Assembly: GCA_041599115.1 (NCBI GenBank) | Contig: JBFHXF010000003.1 | Coordinates: 1 to 52,669, forward strand | Direction of reading: 5' to 3' | Source: Acidimicrobiia bacterium | GTDB lineage: Bacteria > Actinomycetota > Acidimicrobiia > Spongiisociales > ZC4RG35 | DNA: 52,669 nt | In this document: positions 1 through 12,733 of the stretch, one piece after another | Numbering within the stretch: the first letter of the stretch is position 1 | Layout of the letters: every line of letters begins with the position of its first letter | Notes under the pieces: generated by a model | What the model was told of the DNA's origin: nothing | Seen by the model: the letters and a program-made list of their open reading frames with translations, nothing else | The model's database searches: none | Made by a program: the position numbers and the translations under genes

Positions 1-2355
1 GCCGATGAGCACCTCGTGACCCCCCTCGATGAACTCCTGGACGAGAACACCGCTGGCATCGCCGGCAAGACGGCTCAGTTGCTCGAACCCTGACCGAACC
101 TGATCGGCACCCTGCACATCGAGCAGCACCCCACCGATGTCCGATTTGTGGAGGGCCGATTCCGATACCAGCTTCAAGGCCACCGAGCCACCGACTGCTG
201 CCGCAGCCGCCACCGCCTCCGCCACCGACTCCGCCACCTGTGCCCTGGGTGTTCGGAGACCGGCCGCGTTGAGCACGGCGTCGACGGTCTCGGGGTCGAG
301 CCATCCCCCCTCCGGCCCGACTTCTGCGATGACCGGCTCGACGATCGATCGGACCTCCGCAGCCCGCGGGTCATCGAGACGGGCCTCGATCCCGGGATCA
401 CGCATCCGCCAGCGCCCATGGCGGGCCGCCCGGGCGAGAGCCAGGGAGGCATCTTCGGGGAAGGTGTAGGCAGGAATGGTCCGGGTCGAGCCGTACCCCT
501 TGAGGAGGTCCGCCGCACCCTCGGCCTGCATGAACACCGACAGCACCGTCACCGGGCCGGCATAACCCGCCTGTGCCTCCTTGAGAGCCAGGGCCACGTC
601 GGCGGCTCGTTCCGGCGAGGTTGGAACGTATATGACCATCAGCGAGTCGACTTCGCCGGACTCGAGGACGAGCCGAACCGAATGCCTCATCTCCTCCGGC
701 CCGCCTGAGGCGATCATGTCGATGGGGTTCCTCGTGGACGCCTCGGGTGGCAGAGCCGATGCGATCTTCTCGCGGAGGGATGCCGAAAACTCGGGAAGTT
801 GCAGCCCGTTGGCTTCGAGGGCATCAGCGGCGAGGATCCCGGGACCGCCGGCGTTGCTCACTATGCCAACGCGGGGACCCCGCGGCACCGGTTGGTTGGC
901 CAGCAGGTTGGCGGCATGGAACAACTCCTGAATGGTGTCGACCCGGATCACGCCAGCCTGACGGAAGACTGCTTGAACTACCGTGTCCGACGAGGCCAGG
1001 GCCCCGGTGTGGGAGGAAGCCGCCTTTCGGCCCGACTCGGATCGACCCGATTTCACTGCGATTATCGGTTTCTTCCGGCCGATCCTTCTCGCTATGCGGG
1101 AGAACTTGGTGGGATTGCCGAAAGACTCCAGGTAGAGGGTGATCACGTCGGTCTGGGGATCATCCTCCCAGGCCAGCATGAGATCGTTGCCGCTGACATC
1201 GGCCTTGTTTCCCACCGACACGAACTGCGAGATCCCAATGCTGTTACGAGTCGCATAGTCAAGGACGGCGATTCCCAGGGCACCCGATTGACTGGACATG
1301 GAGACGTTTCCCGCCGGTGGGAAGACCGGGCCAAAGGTGCCATTCAACCGAACCGAGGGAGCAGTGTTGAGCAGACCCATGCAGTTGGGCCCGACCATTC
1401 GCATTCCTGATTCCCGGGTGATGTCCAGCAGTTCGGCCTCCAGGGCGGCCCCGGCGGGCCCGACCTCGGAGAAACCCGCCGAGATCACCACCATTCCCCT
1501 CACGCCGGCGCCGGCACATTGACGGGCCACATCGAGCACGAACCGTTGTGGAACCACGACATAAGCAAGGTCGACCTCATCGGGAACCTCACCGATGGTC
1601 GGATAAGAACGGACCGAGTTGATCACTTTCGCCTTCGGGTTCACCGGATAGACCGGCCCGCTGAAGCCTCCAGCCATCAGATTGATGAACAACTTGCCCC
1701 CGATCGAGGATCTATCGGTGGATGCACCGATCACCGCGACGGACCTGGGGAAGAGGAGCGGCAGGAGCGAGGCGGCGACCGCCCGTTTCTCTCTCTCCGC
1801 CTCGGCGTGGAGGTAATTCTCGCTTTCGGCAACGGGAAAGTCGACCGTGAACACCCCCTCGTCGATGGTCCGGGTCATGTCGAATCCCGAGTTCCTGAAG
1901 AGACGCATCATCTGACGGTTCTCCGGCAGAACATAGGCCCGGAACCGGGCCACACCCGCCGATCGAGCGTGAGTGGTGAGAAGTTGGAGAAGCTGGGTCC
2001 CCAGACCCCGACCCTGATGATCATCCGCCACGGCAAAGGCGACCTCGGCCACAGGGGAATCAGTCCCCTCCCGGTCATAGCGGGCCACTCCGATCATCTT
2101 GCCGTCGAGAAGGCCGATCAGGGCCATGCGATCGTGATAGTCGACCTGGGTGAAGAATCGCACTTCTTCGGGCTCGAGGGACTCCTTGATCCGAAAGAAC
2201 CGGTAGTACCGAGACTCGGGTCCGAGTCGTTCGAAAAAGTCGGTGATCAACTCGTCGTCGCCAGACCTTATGGGTCGAACCCGAGCACCGCCCCCATCTC
2301 GAAGCACCACGTCGAGTTCGTATTCGGAGGGGTATCCAGGTGGGTTCCGGCTCAT
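1..2355 (-). CDS. GNAT N-acetyltransferase fused to NDP-forming acyl-CoA synthetase/CoA-binding domains (Pat/PatZ-like); runs off left edge
   Basis: Not in the ORF track. Hand translation from ATG at 2355 gives MSRNPPGYPPEYELDVVLRDGGGARVRPIRSGDDELITDFFERLGPESRYYRFF...VDYHDRMALIG (GNAT), then the CoA-binding SVAVIGAS, VVISAGFSE, VGPNCMG and GNKADVS motifs. Confidence 0.88.
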   Translation of the reverse strand, partial: MSRNPPGYPSEYELDVVLRDGGGARVRPIRSGDDELITDFFERLGPESRYYRFFRIKESLEPEEVRFFTQVDYHDRMALIGLLDGKMIGVARYDREGTDSPVAEVAFAVADDHQGRGLGTQLLQLLTTHARSAGVARFRAYVLPENRQMMRLFRNSGFDMTRTIDEGVFTVDFPVAESENYLHAEAEREKRAVAASLLPLLFPRSVAVIGASTDRSSIGGKLFINLMAGGFSGPVYPVNPKAKVINSVRSYPTIGEVPDEVDLAYVVVPQRFVLDVARQCAGAGVRGMVVISAGFSEVGPAGAALEAELLDITRESGMRMVGPNCMGLLNTAPSVRLNGTFGPVFPPAGNVSMSSQSGALGIAVLDYATRNSIGISQFVSVGNKADVSGNDLMLAWEDDPQTDVITLYLESFGNPTKFSRIARRIGRKKPIIAVKSGRSESGRKAASSHTGALASSDTVVQAVFRQAGVIRVDTIQELFHAANLLANQPVPRGPRVGIVSNAGGPGILAADALEANGLQLPEFSASLREKIASALPPEASTRNPIDMIASGGPEEMRHSVRLVLESGEVDSLMVIYVPTSPERAADVALALKEAQAGYAGPVTVLSVFMQAEGAADLLKGYGSTRTIPAYTFPEDASLALARAARHGRWRMRDPGIEARLDDPRAAEVRSIVEPVIAEVGPEGGWLDPETVDAVLNAAGLRTPRAQVAESVAEAVAAAAAVGGSVALKLVSESALHKSDIGGVLLDVQGADQVRSGFEQLSRLAGDASGVLVQEFIEGGHEVLIG

Positions 2356-2547
2356 GGGAACCCCAAGGTAACTGAAACTTTGGCTATCGCGACCGTGGTC
2401 CCATGAACTGAAATCAGGGTAAACTCGTGCGACGGGGGTCGATCTCGCGAGGGACTGTCGCTTCGAGGAAGATCCTCTTCCGTGCATCGTGGGGCCCGGG
2501 TCCGGTTCCTCTCCCCTCCCCCACCCACCGGCCCGGGTCCCACGACC

Positions 2548-2721
2548 TCAATATGCAGGCCGACTTTGGCCGATTGCCCCCCACCGGACCGGGTCCGACT
2601 CCCCGCCGGGGACCACATCAATCGGCTCCCGCGGCAGAAGCGAGCCTCGGCCAAACAGACGCCGGTCGGCCTGATCAATATGCAGGCCGACTTTGGCCGA
2701 TTGCCCCCCACCGGACCGGGT
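2548..2721. repeat. Perfect 47-bp direct repeat, two copies (2548-2594 and 2675-2721), abutting the tRNA 3' end
   Basis: tcaatatgcaggccgactttggccgattgccccccaccggaccgggt occurs twice with a 127-bp period. A degenerate partial copy (ccacccaccggcccgggt) lies near 2521-2538. Confidence 0.92.
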
Positions 2722-2805
2722 GCCCGGGGTGGGATTCGAACCCACACGAGCCGATTCGGCTCAAGGGGGTTTAAGCCCCTCGCGTCTGCATTTCGCCACC
2801 CGGGC
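2721..2805 (-). tRNA. tRNA-Leu (anticodon TAA), long variable arm, CCA not encoded
   Basis: GCCCGGG/CCCGGGC-A acceptor stem, AGGGG-CTTAAAC-CCCCT anticodon arm, GAGCCGAATCGGCTC variable arm, GTGGG-TTCGAAT-CCCAC T arm. Position after ppx matches actinobacterial synteny. Confidence 0.95.
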
Positions 2806-2838
2806 ATTCACTCAACATCCGCATCCCGCGGATCGCCC

Positions 2839-3732
2839 TCAGGATAAGGCCAACAATTCTGCAGCGAGAGCGTCGAGTGTGTCGTGTTCCGACACGACCA
2901 CCGTGTCGGCGCCGACAACCCGTGCGACGGCGCCGGCAATAACGGCACCCGCCAGAATCACCTTGGCCCGCTTTGGGTCCAGCGAGGGTATGGCCGCCGT
3001 CTCCTCGACGGTCAGACGAGAGAGACGATCAGCGAGCCCTGCCAGATCGGTGCTGCTGATGCGGCTGAGATGAACCCGATTCCGGTCGTACACCGGCAGT
3101 CCGAGGCTCATCGCGGCGAGACTCGTCCAGGTTCCGGCGACGCCAACGAGTGTCTGACAGGCGCCGAGGCTCACACCCGAAAACATCTCAGCAACGACCT
3201 GCCGGGCCTCCGTCATCTCGGAGGCATCCGCAGGGCGGCGGGGAAGGTGACGTTCGGTCAGCCGGACCGAGCCGATATCCACGGAAACGCTCCCACGGCT
3301 GGTGACGAATTCGGTGCTCCCGCCCCCGATGTCGGAAACGAGCACCGGGCCGGGCAGATCAACGCCCGATGTTGCCCCGGTGTAAGCCAGGGATGCCTCC
3401 CTCTTGCCGGAAATCAGAACCGGGCGCACCCCAAGAACCGCCCCGGCCTTCTCGAAGAACTCCTCGCGGTTCGAGGCATCCCTGCACGCGGATGTTGCGA
3501 TGGCACCGCGCCGGATGACACCGTGACGGTCCATCAGTCGCCCAAACCCTGCCAGCACCTCGATCGTGTCCGACATGGCACGCTCGGAAAGACGCCCGGT
3601 CGCATCCACCCCCTCGCCGAGTCCCGTGACCTCGACCCACCGACCTATCTCGGTGGCGGGGCCGATGATGAGGAGACGCATCGAATTGGTGCCGATGTCG
3701 ACCGCGCCAACCGTCACGGGTTGTTCACCCAC
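2839..3732 (-). CDS. ppx: Ppx/GppA family exopolyphosphatase
   Basis: AVDIGTNSMRL, ATSACRDASN and DIGGGSTE motifs; eno-ftsB-DUF501-ppx synteny. Confidence 0.92.
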   Translation of the reverse strand: MGEQPVTVGAVDIGTNSMRLLIIGPATEIGRWVEVTGLGEGVDATGRLSERAMSDTIEVLAGFGRLMDRHGVIRRGAIATSACRDASNREEFFEKAGAVLGVRPVLISGKREASLAYTGATSGVDLPGPVLVSDIGGGSTEFVTSRGSVSVDIGSVRLTERHLPRRPADASEMTEARQVVAEMFSGVSLGACQTLVGVAGTWTSLAAMSLGLPVYDRNRVHLSRISSTDLAGLADRLSRLTVEETAAIPSLDPKRAKVILAGAVIAGAVARVVGADTVVVSEHDTLDALAAELLALS

Positions 3733-4223
3733 AGCGGGTTGATTTCACCTTCCACCACACACGGCTGTTCACAATCGAGAGGTTCGATGAACCCGGCGAC
3801 GACCTCGCCCACCGGTGTGGACCCCCCGCCGCGCCAGTAGGCGTAGTGGGCATGGAGGCATTTGACCCCGACCCGGGTGCCTCCCACCCCGCCGGAAGGT
3901 CTGTGCAGGGAATCTTGGGGAACCAGGTCATCACGCTCGGCGGCATAGGCCTCATTGGCCATGGCGAGACGATCTCCGAACTCGGGGTCACGATCAGCCT
4001 TCCGCTCCAGCCTCTTCACCCCGCCGGCCCCTTCCAACCGCCCGATACGCGACGAGGCGAGGGGACAGGTCAGCCAGTAGAGAGTGGGAAAGGGAGTTCC
4101 GTCATCGAGGACCGGCGGGACCTTCACGACAACCGGCATTCCCAGATGGCAACGGCTCACCACCTCCGATGCGGCGCGTAAGGGTCTTCCCAGTTGGGTC
4201 TCGACGGTATCGCGGTCGTCCAT
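3714..4223 (-). CDS. DUF501 domain protein
   Basis: GTPFPTLYWLTCP and GVKCLHAH motifs; start reassigned to MDDRDTVE. Confidence 0.9.
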   Translation of the reverse strand: MDDRDTVETQLGRPLRAASEVVSRCHLGMPVVVKVPPVLDDGTPFPTLYWLTCPLASSRIGRLEGAGGVKRLERKADRDPEFGDRLAMANEAYAAERDDLVPQDSLHRPSGGVGGTRVGVKCLHAHYAYWRGGGSTPVGEVVAGFIEPLDCEQPCVVEGEINPLWVNNP

Positions 4224-4227
4224 GGAC

Positions 4228-5981
<1,754 letters not shown>

Positions 5982-7394
5982 TCAGAGAGACCGTTTTGCC
6001 GCCTCCCAACGTCGGTTCATCTCGTCGAGCGAGAGCCCTGCCAATGACCCCCCGGACTCCATGAATCGGAAGCGGGCATCGAACCGAGCAATCGTCGATA
6101 CCAAGGCGAGCTCGGGATCGACTTCAAGATGTCGGGCCAGATTGATCACCGAGAACAGAAGATCCCCGATTTCGGATCCGACCGCCCCCGGATCGTCGAT
6201 CGCCTTAGCGACCTCGTCGATCTCCTCGAGGACTTTCGACAACACCTGCCGGGCGTCGTCCCAGTCGAAACCGACCTTGGCCGCCCGATTCTGAATCTTG
6301 GCTGCCCGGTGGATCGCGGGCATCCCGGCCGGTATGCCGTCGATCGCCGACACCGGAAGCCCGGGTCCCTCGGCAGCCTTGATCCTGTCCCAATTCTCCT
6401 TGACTTCGGCAGCCGTGCCGGCCACGGCGTCCCCGAAAACGTGCGGATGACGTCGGACCAGTTTCTGGCGCAGCCCCTCTGAGATCTGGTCGATGTCAAA
6501 CGCCCCCTCGCGACGCCCGATCGCCTCATGCATGAGCACCTGGAGAAGAACATCGCCCAACTCGTCCTCGACCGCGGCATATGCCGGCCAATCGACCCCG
6601 TCGGCGGGAAGCCGGCCGATGGCGTCTACCAACTCGTAGGTCTCCTCGACGAGATTCTTGACAAGAGTCCGATGGGTCTGCTGCCGATCCCAGGGGCACT
6701 CCTCGGAAAGGAGACGAACGGTTTTGAGAACGCCGACCAACCCTCCCGGCTCTGGATCCACGAAGAGCGACGTCCTCAGGCCCGCCAGCGAGATGTCGAT
6801 CCCGGCCGGGTCGCCTTTTACCAGCGAGCTGCCCGGTGACCCTAGATCCGACATCAGGGTGACCGGGGTTTCCTCCGGAACGACGGCATCGATCGCGGCC
6901 AAAGTATCGGCGAGTACCTCGGGAGAGCTCAGCTGGGCCACGATCGTGGGCTTGTCGAGGATCAGTGGGTCGGGAAGCTGGTGCGCATTGAGGATCTGCA
7001 GGCCGCGATCGAGTGGATCGTATTCCAGTCTCTCGAGGATCACGTCGATGAAAGACTCGCCAGGGATGACCCGGCTGTCTGGAGCCAAAGCGAGAATGCG
7101 GCGGATGGCGAACTCCCCGACCAGCGGACTCCCGGGAACTGCATAGATCACAGGTGCGGAGCGGGATAGATCGACGACACGCCGGGCAATCTCGTCGTAG
7201 ACCTGATCAAACGTGCCGAGTGTGTCGTACAGATCGTCACACGTGACCACCTCACGGAGGTTCGCCAGAGTCTGCGCCGCGGGATGTTGGGAGGTCCGGA
7301 CTACGACAACTGATTCCGTATCCTCCAGAATCGACTTCACATGGCCCGGTATACGGTCGTAGTCGCCGGGACCGAGCCCTGTGATGGTGATCAT
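5982..7394 (-). CDS. mazG: MazG nucleotide pyrophosphohydrolase with N-terminal tetrapyrrole-methylase-like domain (YabN type)
   Basis: ITGLGPG and YAVPGSP N-domain; CPWDRQQT, EETYEL, DELGDVL, KLVRRHPHVF, EIGDLLF. Confidence 0.92.
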   Translation of the reverse strand: MITITGLGPGDYDRIPGHVKSILEDTESVVVVRTSQHPAAQTLANLREVVTCDDLYDTLGTFDQVYDEIARRVVDLSRSAPVIYAVPGSPLVGEFAIRRILALAPDSRVIPGESFIDVILERLEYDPLDRGLQILNAHQLPDPLILDKPTIVAQLSSPEVLADTLAAIDAVVPEETPVTLMSDLGSPGSSLVKGDPAGIDISLAGLRTSLFVDPEPGGLVGVLKTVRLLSEECPWDRQQTHRTLVKNLVEETYELVDAIGRLPADGVDWPAYAAVEDELGDVLLQVLMHEAIGRREGAFDIDQISEGLRQKLVRRHPHVFGDAVAGTAAEVKENWDRIKAAEGPGLPVSAIDGIPAGMPAIHRAAKIQNRAAKVGFDWDDARQVLSKVLEEIDEVAKAIDDPGAVGSEIGDLLFSVINLARHLEVDPELALVSTIARFDARFRFMESGGSLAGLSLDEMNRRWEAAKRSL

Positions 7395-8317
7395 GCCGGC
7401 GGCGGGGTTACTCCAGGTGGTGGTCCTGGGTCCCAGGTCCCGTATTCGGCTTCAACCTGCACGACGGCAGCTGCAATCTTCTCGACGAACCAGTTCTGAA
7501 AGGCGGTCGCGGCCAACTGGGGCCTCAGCTGGGCAATCAACTCCTCGTTGGTGGGGAGGTCGGCCGGATCCGCCTCGGTGCGGTCGTTGACGAGGATGAT
7601 GTGAAAGCCAAACTGGGACTCCACCGGGTCGGTAGGCACGCCGATCTCTGCGGCCATCGCCGCTTCGGCGAACTCTCTCACGTAACCCCCTGGGGCCGCA
7701 CAACCGAGATCGCCACCATTGGCGCCGGAACCGGTGTCCAACGAAAGCTCTAATGCCAGGTCGGCGAAGGCTTCGCCGTCTGAGAGCCGCGCCAAGACAT
7801 CATTTGCCTCATCCTCGGTGGCGACGAGGATGTGAGCCGCACACACCTCGGCGGCGCCGAGTTCGGCGGCTCGTCGTGCATCCTGGACATCGGCCTCAGT
7901 GGGCTCAATGCTCTTCCCCAGCGAGGTCTGCACCGCATCGTTCACCAACTGCTGGCGGGCGATCATCTGCAACAGGAGCTCCGAAATGCCCGCTTGTGCC
8001 AGAAACTCCTCGCGGGTCTGGTTGATGGCGTTATCCGCCACGAGTTGATCCGCGGTGGCAGCCACCTCTTCGTCGCTCGGGTCGATGCCGAATTCGGCCT
8101 TGGCGGCGGCAAAGATGATGTCGAGTTGGATGGCCGCCCCGAGGAACTGGGAGAAGGTCGGCCGGTCAACGGTGCCTTGGTCCGGGGCCATGAAGGCCTC
8201 GACATCGCCGACGCTGATGATGTTGCCGTCGACGGTGGCGGCAGGAGCAGAGTTGGGGCCGCCACAGGCGACAACAACCAGGGCCAGGAGGGCAAGATTC
8301 AGTGCGAGTTTCTTCAA
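7391..8317 (-). CDS. PpiC-type peptidyl-prolyl isomerase lipoprotein (PrsA/SurA-like)
   Basis: Lipobox VVAC, AAHILV, SLDTGSGANGGDLG, ESQFGFHII. Start at TTG 8317 is estimated. Confidence 0.88.
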   Translation of the reverse strand: MKKLALNLALLALVVVACGGPNSAPAATVDGNIISVGDVEAFMAPDQGTVDRPTFSQFLGAAIQLDIIFAAAKAEFGIDPSDEEVAATADQLVADNAINQTREEFLAQAGISELLLQMIARQQLVNDAVQTSLGKSIEPTEADVQDARRAAELGAAEVCAAHILVATEDEANDVLARLSDGEAFADLALELSLDTGSGANGGDLGCAAPGGYVREFAEAAMAAEIGVPTDPVESQFGFHIILVNDRTEADPADLPTNEELIAQLRPQLAATAFQNWFVEKIAAAVVQVEAEYGTWDPGPPPGVTPPPA

Positions 8318-8376
8318 GGGAATCCTTACGAGGGGAACGGGTCGCAATGGTAGGAGAAGCGTGAGCCAAACCCTAG

Positions 8377-11300
8377 CTAGCCCCACATCTCGGAGATGAA
8401 TCCGCGAATCCCCTCCACCAGCAACACAGGCGCCGGAATGAATAGCAGACCTTGAGGGGCCTGCAACACGGACCTTGGCTGTAGCCGTTTGAGACGCACC
8501 TCCTGGGATTGCCTCAGGTCGACCGGGCCAATCCTGATTTCGTTGCGGAGCTTGACGATTTCCTCGAGGCCCACGGACAACGCATCGACACGGAGTCGGG
8601 CAAGCTCCAAGAGGGCGAGCGCAGCCTCGGGAAGGGGCCCAAACCTATCTGCCCATTCGGCAGCGACGTCCTCCACCTCATCGTGGCTCGTGGTTGTCGC
8701 CAATCTTCGATACGCCTCCAGTCGCATCTCCTGTTCTGCGACATACGAATCGGGCAAATGCGCATCGACTGGCAGATCGATGCGGACCTCTCGCCGGACA
8801 TCGGGCAAGGGATCCCTGCCCTCCAACTCGGAGACGGCCTGGGCGACCATCTCGGTGTAGAGCTCAAAGCCAACCGCTGAGATGTGACCGGTCTGCACTT
8901 CTCCAAGGATCGAGCCGGCCCCTCGGATCTCCAGGTCGCGCAGGGCCAGCTGAAATCCGGACCCGAGATCGGCGGCCTCGCCGATCGCCTCCAACCTGCG
9001 ATGGGCGTCCTCGCTCAGGGACTGGTCGATCGGGTGTAGGAGATAGGCATAGGCTCGCTGGCTGGATCGCCCGACCCGCCCCCGGAGCTGATAGAGCTGG
9101 GCCAGCCCGAGGAGATCGGCCCGTTCCACGATCAGAGTGTTGACCTGAGGCAGATCGAGCCCGGACTCGATGATGGTTGTGGCCACCATCACGTCGTAAT
9201 CGCCGTTCCAGAAATCGATCATCACCTGCTCGAGTTGACCCTCCGACATCTGACCGTGGGCGATCACAAATCTCGCATCGGGCACCAGTTCCTTGAGCCT
9301 CGCCACGGCCCTTCCTATCGACTGAACCCGGTTGTGGACGTAGAAGACCTGGCCTTCGCGCAACATTTCTCTTCGTATCGCCGCCGACACGGCCTGCTCG
9401 TCGTAGGGCCCCACGTAGGTGAGGATGGGATGACGATCCTCCGGGGGCGTTCTCATGTGTGAGACCTCGCGAATCCCGGTGAGGGCCATCTCCAGCGTGC
9501 GCGGAATCGGTGTTGCCGTGAGGGTGAGCACATCCACCCCTAGCCGAAGCCGTTTGATCGCATCTTTCGCAGAGACCCCGAAACGCTGCTCCTCGTCGAC
9601 GACCAGCAGGCCGAGGTCTTTGAACGCAACATCCTCTGACAGCAATCGATGGGTGCCGATCACCAAATCCACTTCACCTCGCCGAATCCCGGCGAGGACC
9701 GACCTCTGCTGCTTTGGAGTGAGAAAGCGCGACAGCGCTTCAACTCTGACCGGATACGGTGCTAGCCGATCGGAGAATGTCTGGTGATGCTGTTGGACCA
9801 AAAGCGTCGTGGGACAGAGGACCGCGACCTGCTTTCCCGATTGGACGGCCTTGAAGGCAGCCCGTATGGCGACCTCGGTCTTGCCGAACCCAACGTCGCC
9901 AAAAACAAGCCGGTCCATTGGTTTCTCCGACTCCATGTCGGCTTTCACATCGGCTATGGCCGTCAGCTGATCCGCGGTCTCCTCGAAGGGAAAGACCGTT
10001 TCCATCTCGCGCTGCCACGGTGTGTCCGGGTCGTAGGCATGGCCGCTCGCAGAGGCCCGTTGCCGGTGCAACTCGACCACTTGCTGGGCCACGGCCGCCA
10101 CCGCCCGGCGGACCCGGGTCTTCTGCTCCGACCAGTCCCGGCCTCCCATTTTGGAAACACGCGGTGCATCACCGCCGGTGTATCTGGTCACTGACGCCAG
10201 TTGATCGACAGGGACGTACAGACGGTCAGCGCCCGCATAACCGATGACCAGGTAGTCCCGTTCGACTCCAACCATGGTCCTGGTAACCAACCCCTCGAAC
10301 CGCCCGATGCCGTGCTGATGATGGACCACGTAATCGCCTTTGGTGAGGTCCCTGTACTGCTGAGAGGCAGCGGCAGAAGGCCTTCCCTGCCGGCGATGCG
10401 CCCGCCTACGGCCGGCGATCTCCTGCTCTCCCAACACCGCCACACCCAGAGCCGGGGCAAAGAAACCTCGGTGTATCCCACTCGCGACGATCGCGGGCAT
10501 GGGGTTCTTCAAGAATTCAACCCTTTGGATCGCCAGTCCGTTCTCGGCGAGGGTCTGGCCGACCCGGTCGGCGGCGGATTCACCATCCATCGCCACCACG
10601 GCCGTCACCTTCTTCTCGAGAAGTCGAATCAGTCCTGCCGCGACTGATTCGGGATCTCCCGGTGTGGCATCGAAGGTGCGGATCTCGAGATGAAGATCGC
10701 CGGGACCCCTGGGCGATGACGGGATTTCGAGATGAGCCCGCCTGGCCAGGGAAGACTCGAGGTCGAGAAACAAAGGAGGATGGTTCCCGGCCCGCGGGGC
10801 ACTTTCACCCCAGGTGGGGGCCAGGGCGGCCGCCAGCTCGGATTCCTCCTCGACCAGATCCCGTGCCCGGTCAATGGCGCGAGACGGATCTATGACCACA
10901 AGGCCGGCAGATGACGGACACTCCTCGATCATCGAACGCGCCGCGGACAGCCACGGCAGCCACGACTCGATGCCGGCAAAGAGTTGTCCCTCAGCGATTC
11001 GGTCCCAGGTGGAGGCGCCCCACGGCTCGGATCGAACCAGTTCTCGCGCGATTTCGCGCGTAGTTGCATCTGGCCGCACCTCCCGAGCCGGAAAGATGAC
11101 CACGCGGGCGATGGAGCCCTCCGACCTCTGGGTGCCAACCGAGAAACTCCTGATCTCATCGACCGTTTCACCCCAGAAGTCGATGCGAACGGGCGTGTCG
11201 GCCTGTGCGGGAAAGACGTCGACTATTCCTCCCCGAACGGCGAATTCTCCCCGGGCCTCCACTCGATCGGTTCGGGAATAGCCCAGGGTCGCCGCTCCCA

Positions 11301-11727
11301 TGACGAGCTCTTCGAGATCCACTGCGGCGCCCTTCTCGATCACCAGAGGCACCATGGGAGAAGGACTGACCCGTTGAATCGCGCTTCGGACACTTGCGAC
11401 CACAACGACGGCATCGCCAGAAGCAAGGGCAAAACGCGCCTCGGCGCGGTGGGCCATCGTGGCTATGTTCGGAGAAACGTGCTCGAAGGGAAGGGTTTCC
11501 CAGGCCGGTGCAAGAAAGACCCTCTCCAGGAATAGGGCGAGATCGTCTGCCAGTTCCTCAGCGTCATGCTCGCCAGGAGTCAGAACAAGAATCGGTCTCT
11601 CGATCTGGGAGGACAGACCGGCGACGGCAAAGGCCCGACCCCCGGGAGCGACGGCCCAGCTCCCCTCCAGATCGGGCAAGGGGACGCGACTCCATGCCGA
11701 AAGAAGCGGTGCAAGAGGAGCAGTCAT
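8377..11727 (-). CDS. mfd: Transcription-repair coupling factor
   Basis: [49 protein letters not shown]-terminal domain. Confidence 0.97.
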   Translation of the reverse strand: MTAPLAPLLSAWSRVPLPDLEGSWAVAPGGRAFAVAGLSSQIERPILVLTPGEHDAEELADDLALFLERVFLAPAWETLPFEHVSPNIATMAHRAEARFALASGDAVVVVASVRSAIQRVSPSPMVPLVIEKGAAVDLEELVMGAATLGYSRTDRVEARGEFAVRGGIVDVFPAQADTPVRIDFWGETVDEIRSFSVGTQRSEGSIARVVIFPAREVRPDATTREIARELVRSEPWGASTWDRIAEGQLFAGIESWLPWLSAARSMIEECPSSAGLVVIDPSRAIDRARDLVEEESELAAALAPTWGESAPRAGNHPPLFLDLESSLARRAHLEIPSSPRGPGDLHLEIRTFDATPGDPESVAAGLIRLLEKKVTAVVAMDGESAADRVGQTLAENGLAIQRVEFLKNPMPAIVASGIHRGFFAPALGVAVLGEQEIAGRRRAHRRQGRPSAAASQQYRDLTKGDYVVHHQHGIGRFEGLVTRTMVGVERDYLVIGYAGADRLYVPVDQLASVTRYTGGDAPRVSKMGGRDWSEQKTRVRRAVAAVAQQVVELHRQRASASGHAYDPDTPWQREMETVFPFEETADQLTAIADVKADMESEKPMDRLVFGDVGFGKTEVAIRAAFKAVQSGKQVAVLCPTTLLVQQHHQTFSDRLAPYPVRVEALSRFLTPKQQRSVLAGIRRGEVDLVIGTHRLLSEDVAFKDLGLLVVDEEQRFGVSAKDAIKRLRLGVDVLTLTATPIPRTLEMALTGIREVSHMRTPPEDRHPILTYVGPYDEQAVSAAIRREMLREGQVFYVHNRVQSIGRAVARLKELVPDARFVIAHGQMSEGQLEQVMIDFWNGDYDVMVATTIIESGLDLPQVNTLIVERADLLGLAQLYQLRGRVGRSSQRAYAYLLHPIDQSLSEDAHRRLEAIGEAADLGSGFQLALRDLEIRGAGSILGEVQTGHISAVGFELYTEMVAQAVSELEGRDPLPDVRREVRIDLPVDAHLPDSYVAEQEMRLEAYRRLATTTSHDEVEDVAAEWADRFGPLPEAALALLELARLRVDALSVGLEEIVKLRNEIRIGPVDLRQSQEVRLKRLQPRSVLQAPQGLLFIPAPVLLVEGIRGFISEMWG

Positions 11728-11761
11728 CGGGAAGGACGATGGTATCGACGGCCGGACCTTC

Positions 11762-12733
11762 TCAAACAAGCAGACCCTGCTCGCGGAACCACTCAACCGT
11801 CCTTGCCATGGTCACCCTCAGCGGTGTGTATGACAGCCCGAGGTCCCGCTCTGCGCGTGAGCCGTCGTAAGAGGCACCGGCCCGCATAACTCGAATCGTC
11901 TCGCGACAGACGGTTGGCCGCCGCCTCGTCGCCCGGGCGGCGGTCTCCACGGCCGCTCCCGCGATCGCGGCGATCCACCCCGGCAAATAGCGAACCTTCG
12001 TTGCAGACCCCGTCACTTCGACGAGCATCTCGACGGCCTCACTCACCTTCAGACTCGCCCCGCTGAGGACATAGCGCTCCCCGGCCAGCCCTCGCGAGGC
12101 AGCCAGCAGGTGCCCGGCGGCGCAATCGTCGATGTCCACGATCGAGATGCGGGCGTCGATCAGGAAGGGGAGGCTCCCCCTCAAGAGATCCAGGATCAGT
12201 CTCCCCGTCCCGGTCGCCCTGCCCGGGCCCTGTACCGATGCCGGATTGACCACGACCACATCCAACTTGCCCGACCCCGACAGCATGAGCACTTCCGAGA
12301 GATGCTTGGACCGCTCGTACCGGGTGAGATATCTGCCGCGATGAGAGGTCGATTCCGAGCCAGTGTCACCCGGTTTCTCGCCGAGAGCTGCCGCTGAGGA
12401 GGTGTGGATCAGCCGCATGACGCCCTGGGCGGCACATGCGGTGAGGACGTTGCGGGACCCTTCGATGTTCACACGATCCATCCGATCAGGATCCATTGAA
12501 CAAATCTCGTTGACCCCGGCGACGTGGAACACCCAATCTGCCCCGGAGACAAAGCCGAACAGACTTGCCAGATCGAGAACGTCCCCCAGAATGGGAGCTG
12601 CCCCGAGCGAACTCACCGTGGCCGAGGCCGCCTCGGTTCGAACCAGAGCGGACACTTCGTGGCCAGCCCGAACCAGATGATTGACCACGGCACGGCCGAC
12701 CACACCCGAGCCCCCGGTGACGGCGGTCTTCAC
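11762..12733 (-). CDS. NAD-dependent epimerase/dehydratase (extended SDR, dihydroflavonol-reductase/HpnA-like)
   Basis: TGGSGVVG, FHVAG, HTSS and YERSK (YxxxK) motifs; GTG start at 12733 overlaps the pgsA stop. Confidence 0.85.
   Translation of the reverse strand: MKTAVTGGSGVVGRAVVNHLVRAGHEVSALVRTEAASATVSSLGAAPILGDVLDLASLFGFVSGADWVFHVAGVNEICSMDPDRMDRVNIEGSRNVLTACAAQGVMRLIHTSSAAALGEKPGDTGSESTSHRGRYLTRYERSKHLSEVLMLSGSGKLDVVVVNPASVQGPGRATGTGRLILDLLRGSLPFLIDARISIVDIDDCAAGHLLAASRGLAGERYVLSGASLKVSEAVEMLVEVTGSATKVRYLPGWIAAIAGAAVETAARATRRRPTVCRETIRVMRAGASYDGSRAERDLGLSYTPLRVTMARTVEWFREQGLLV

Noticed and set aside
137-2406. Plus-strand ORFs of 110-295 aa
   Set aside because: Antisense shadows of the minus-strand GNAT/acyl-CoA synthetase gene; no recognisable motifs.
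2548-2721. Mini CRISPR array
   Set aside because: Only two full copies, an 80-bp spacer, no cas genes, and one copy is the tRNA trailer.
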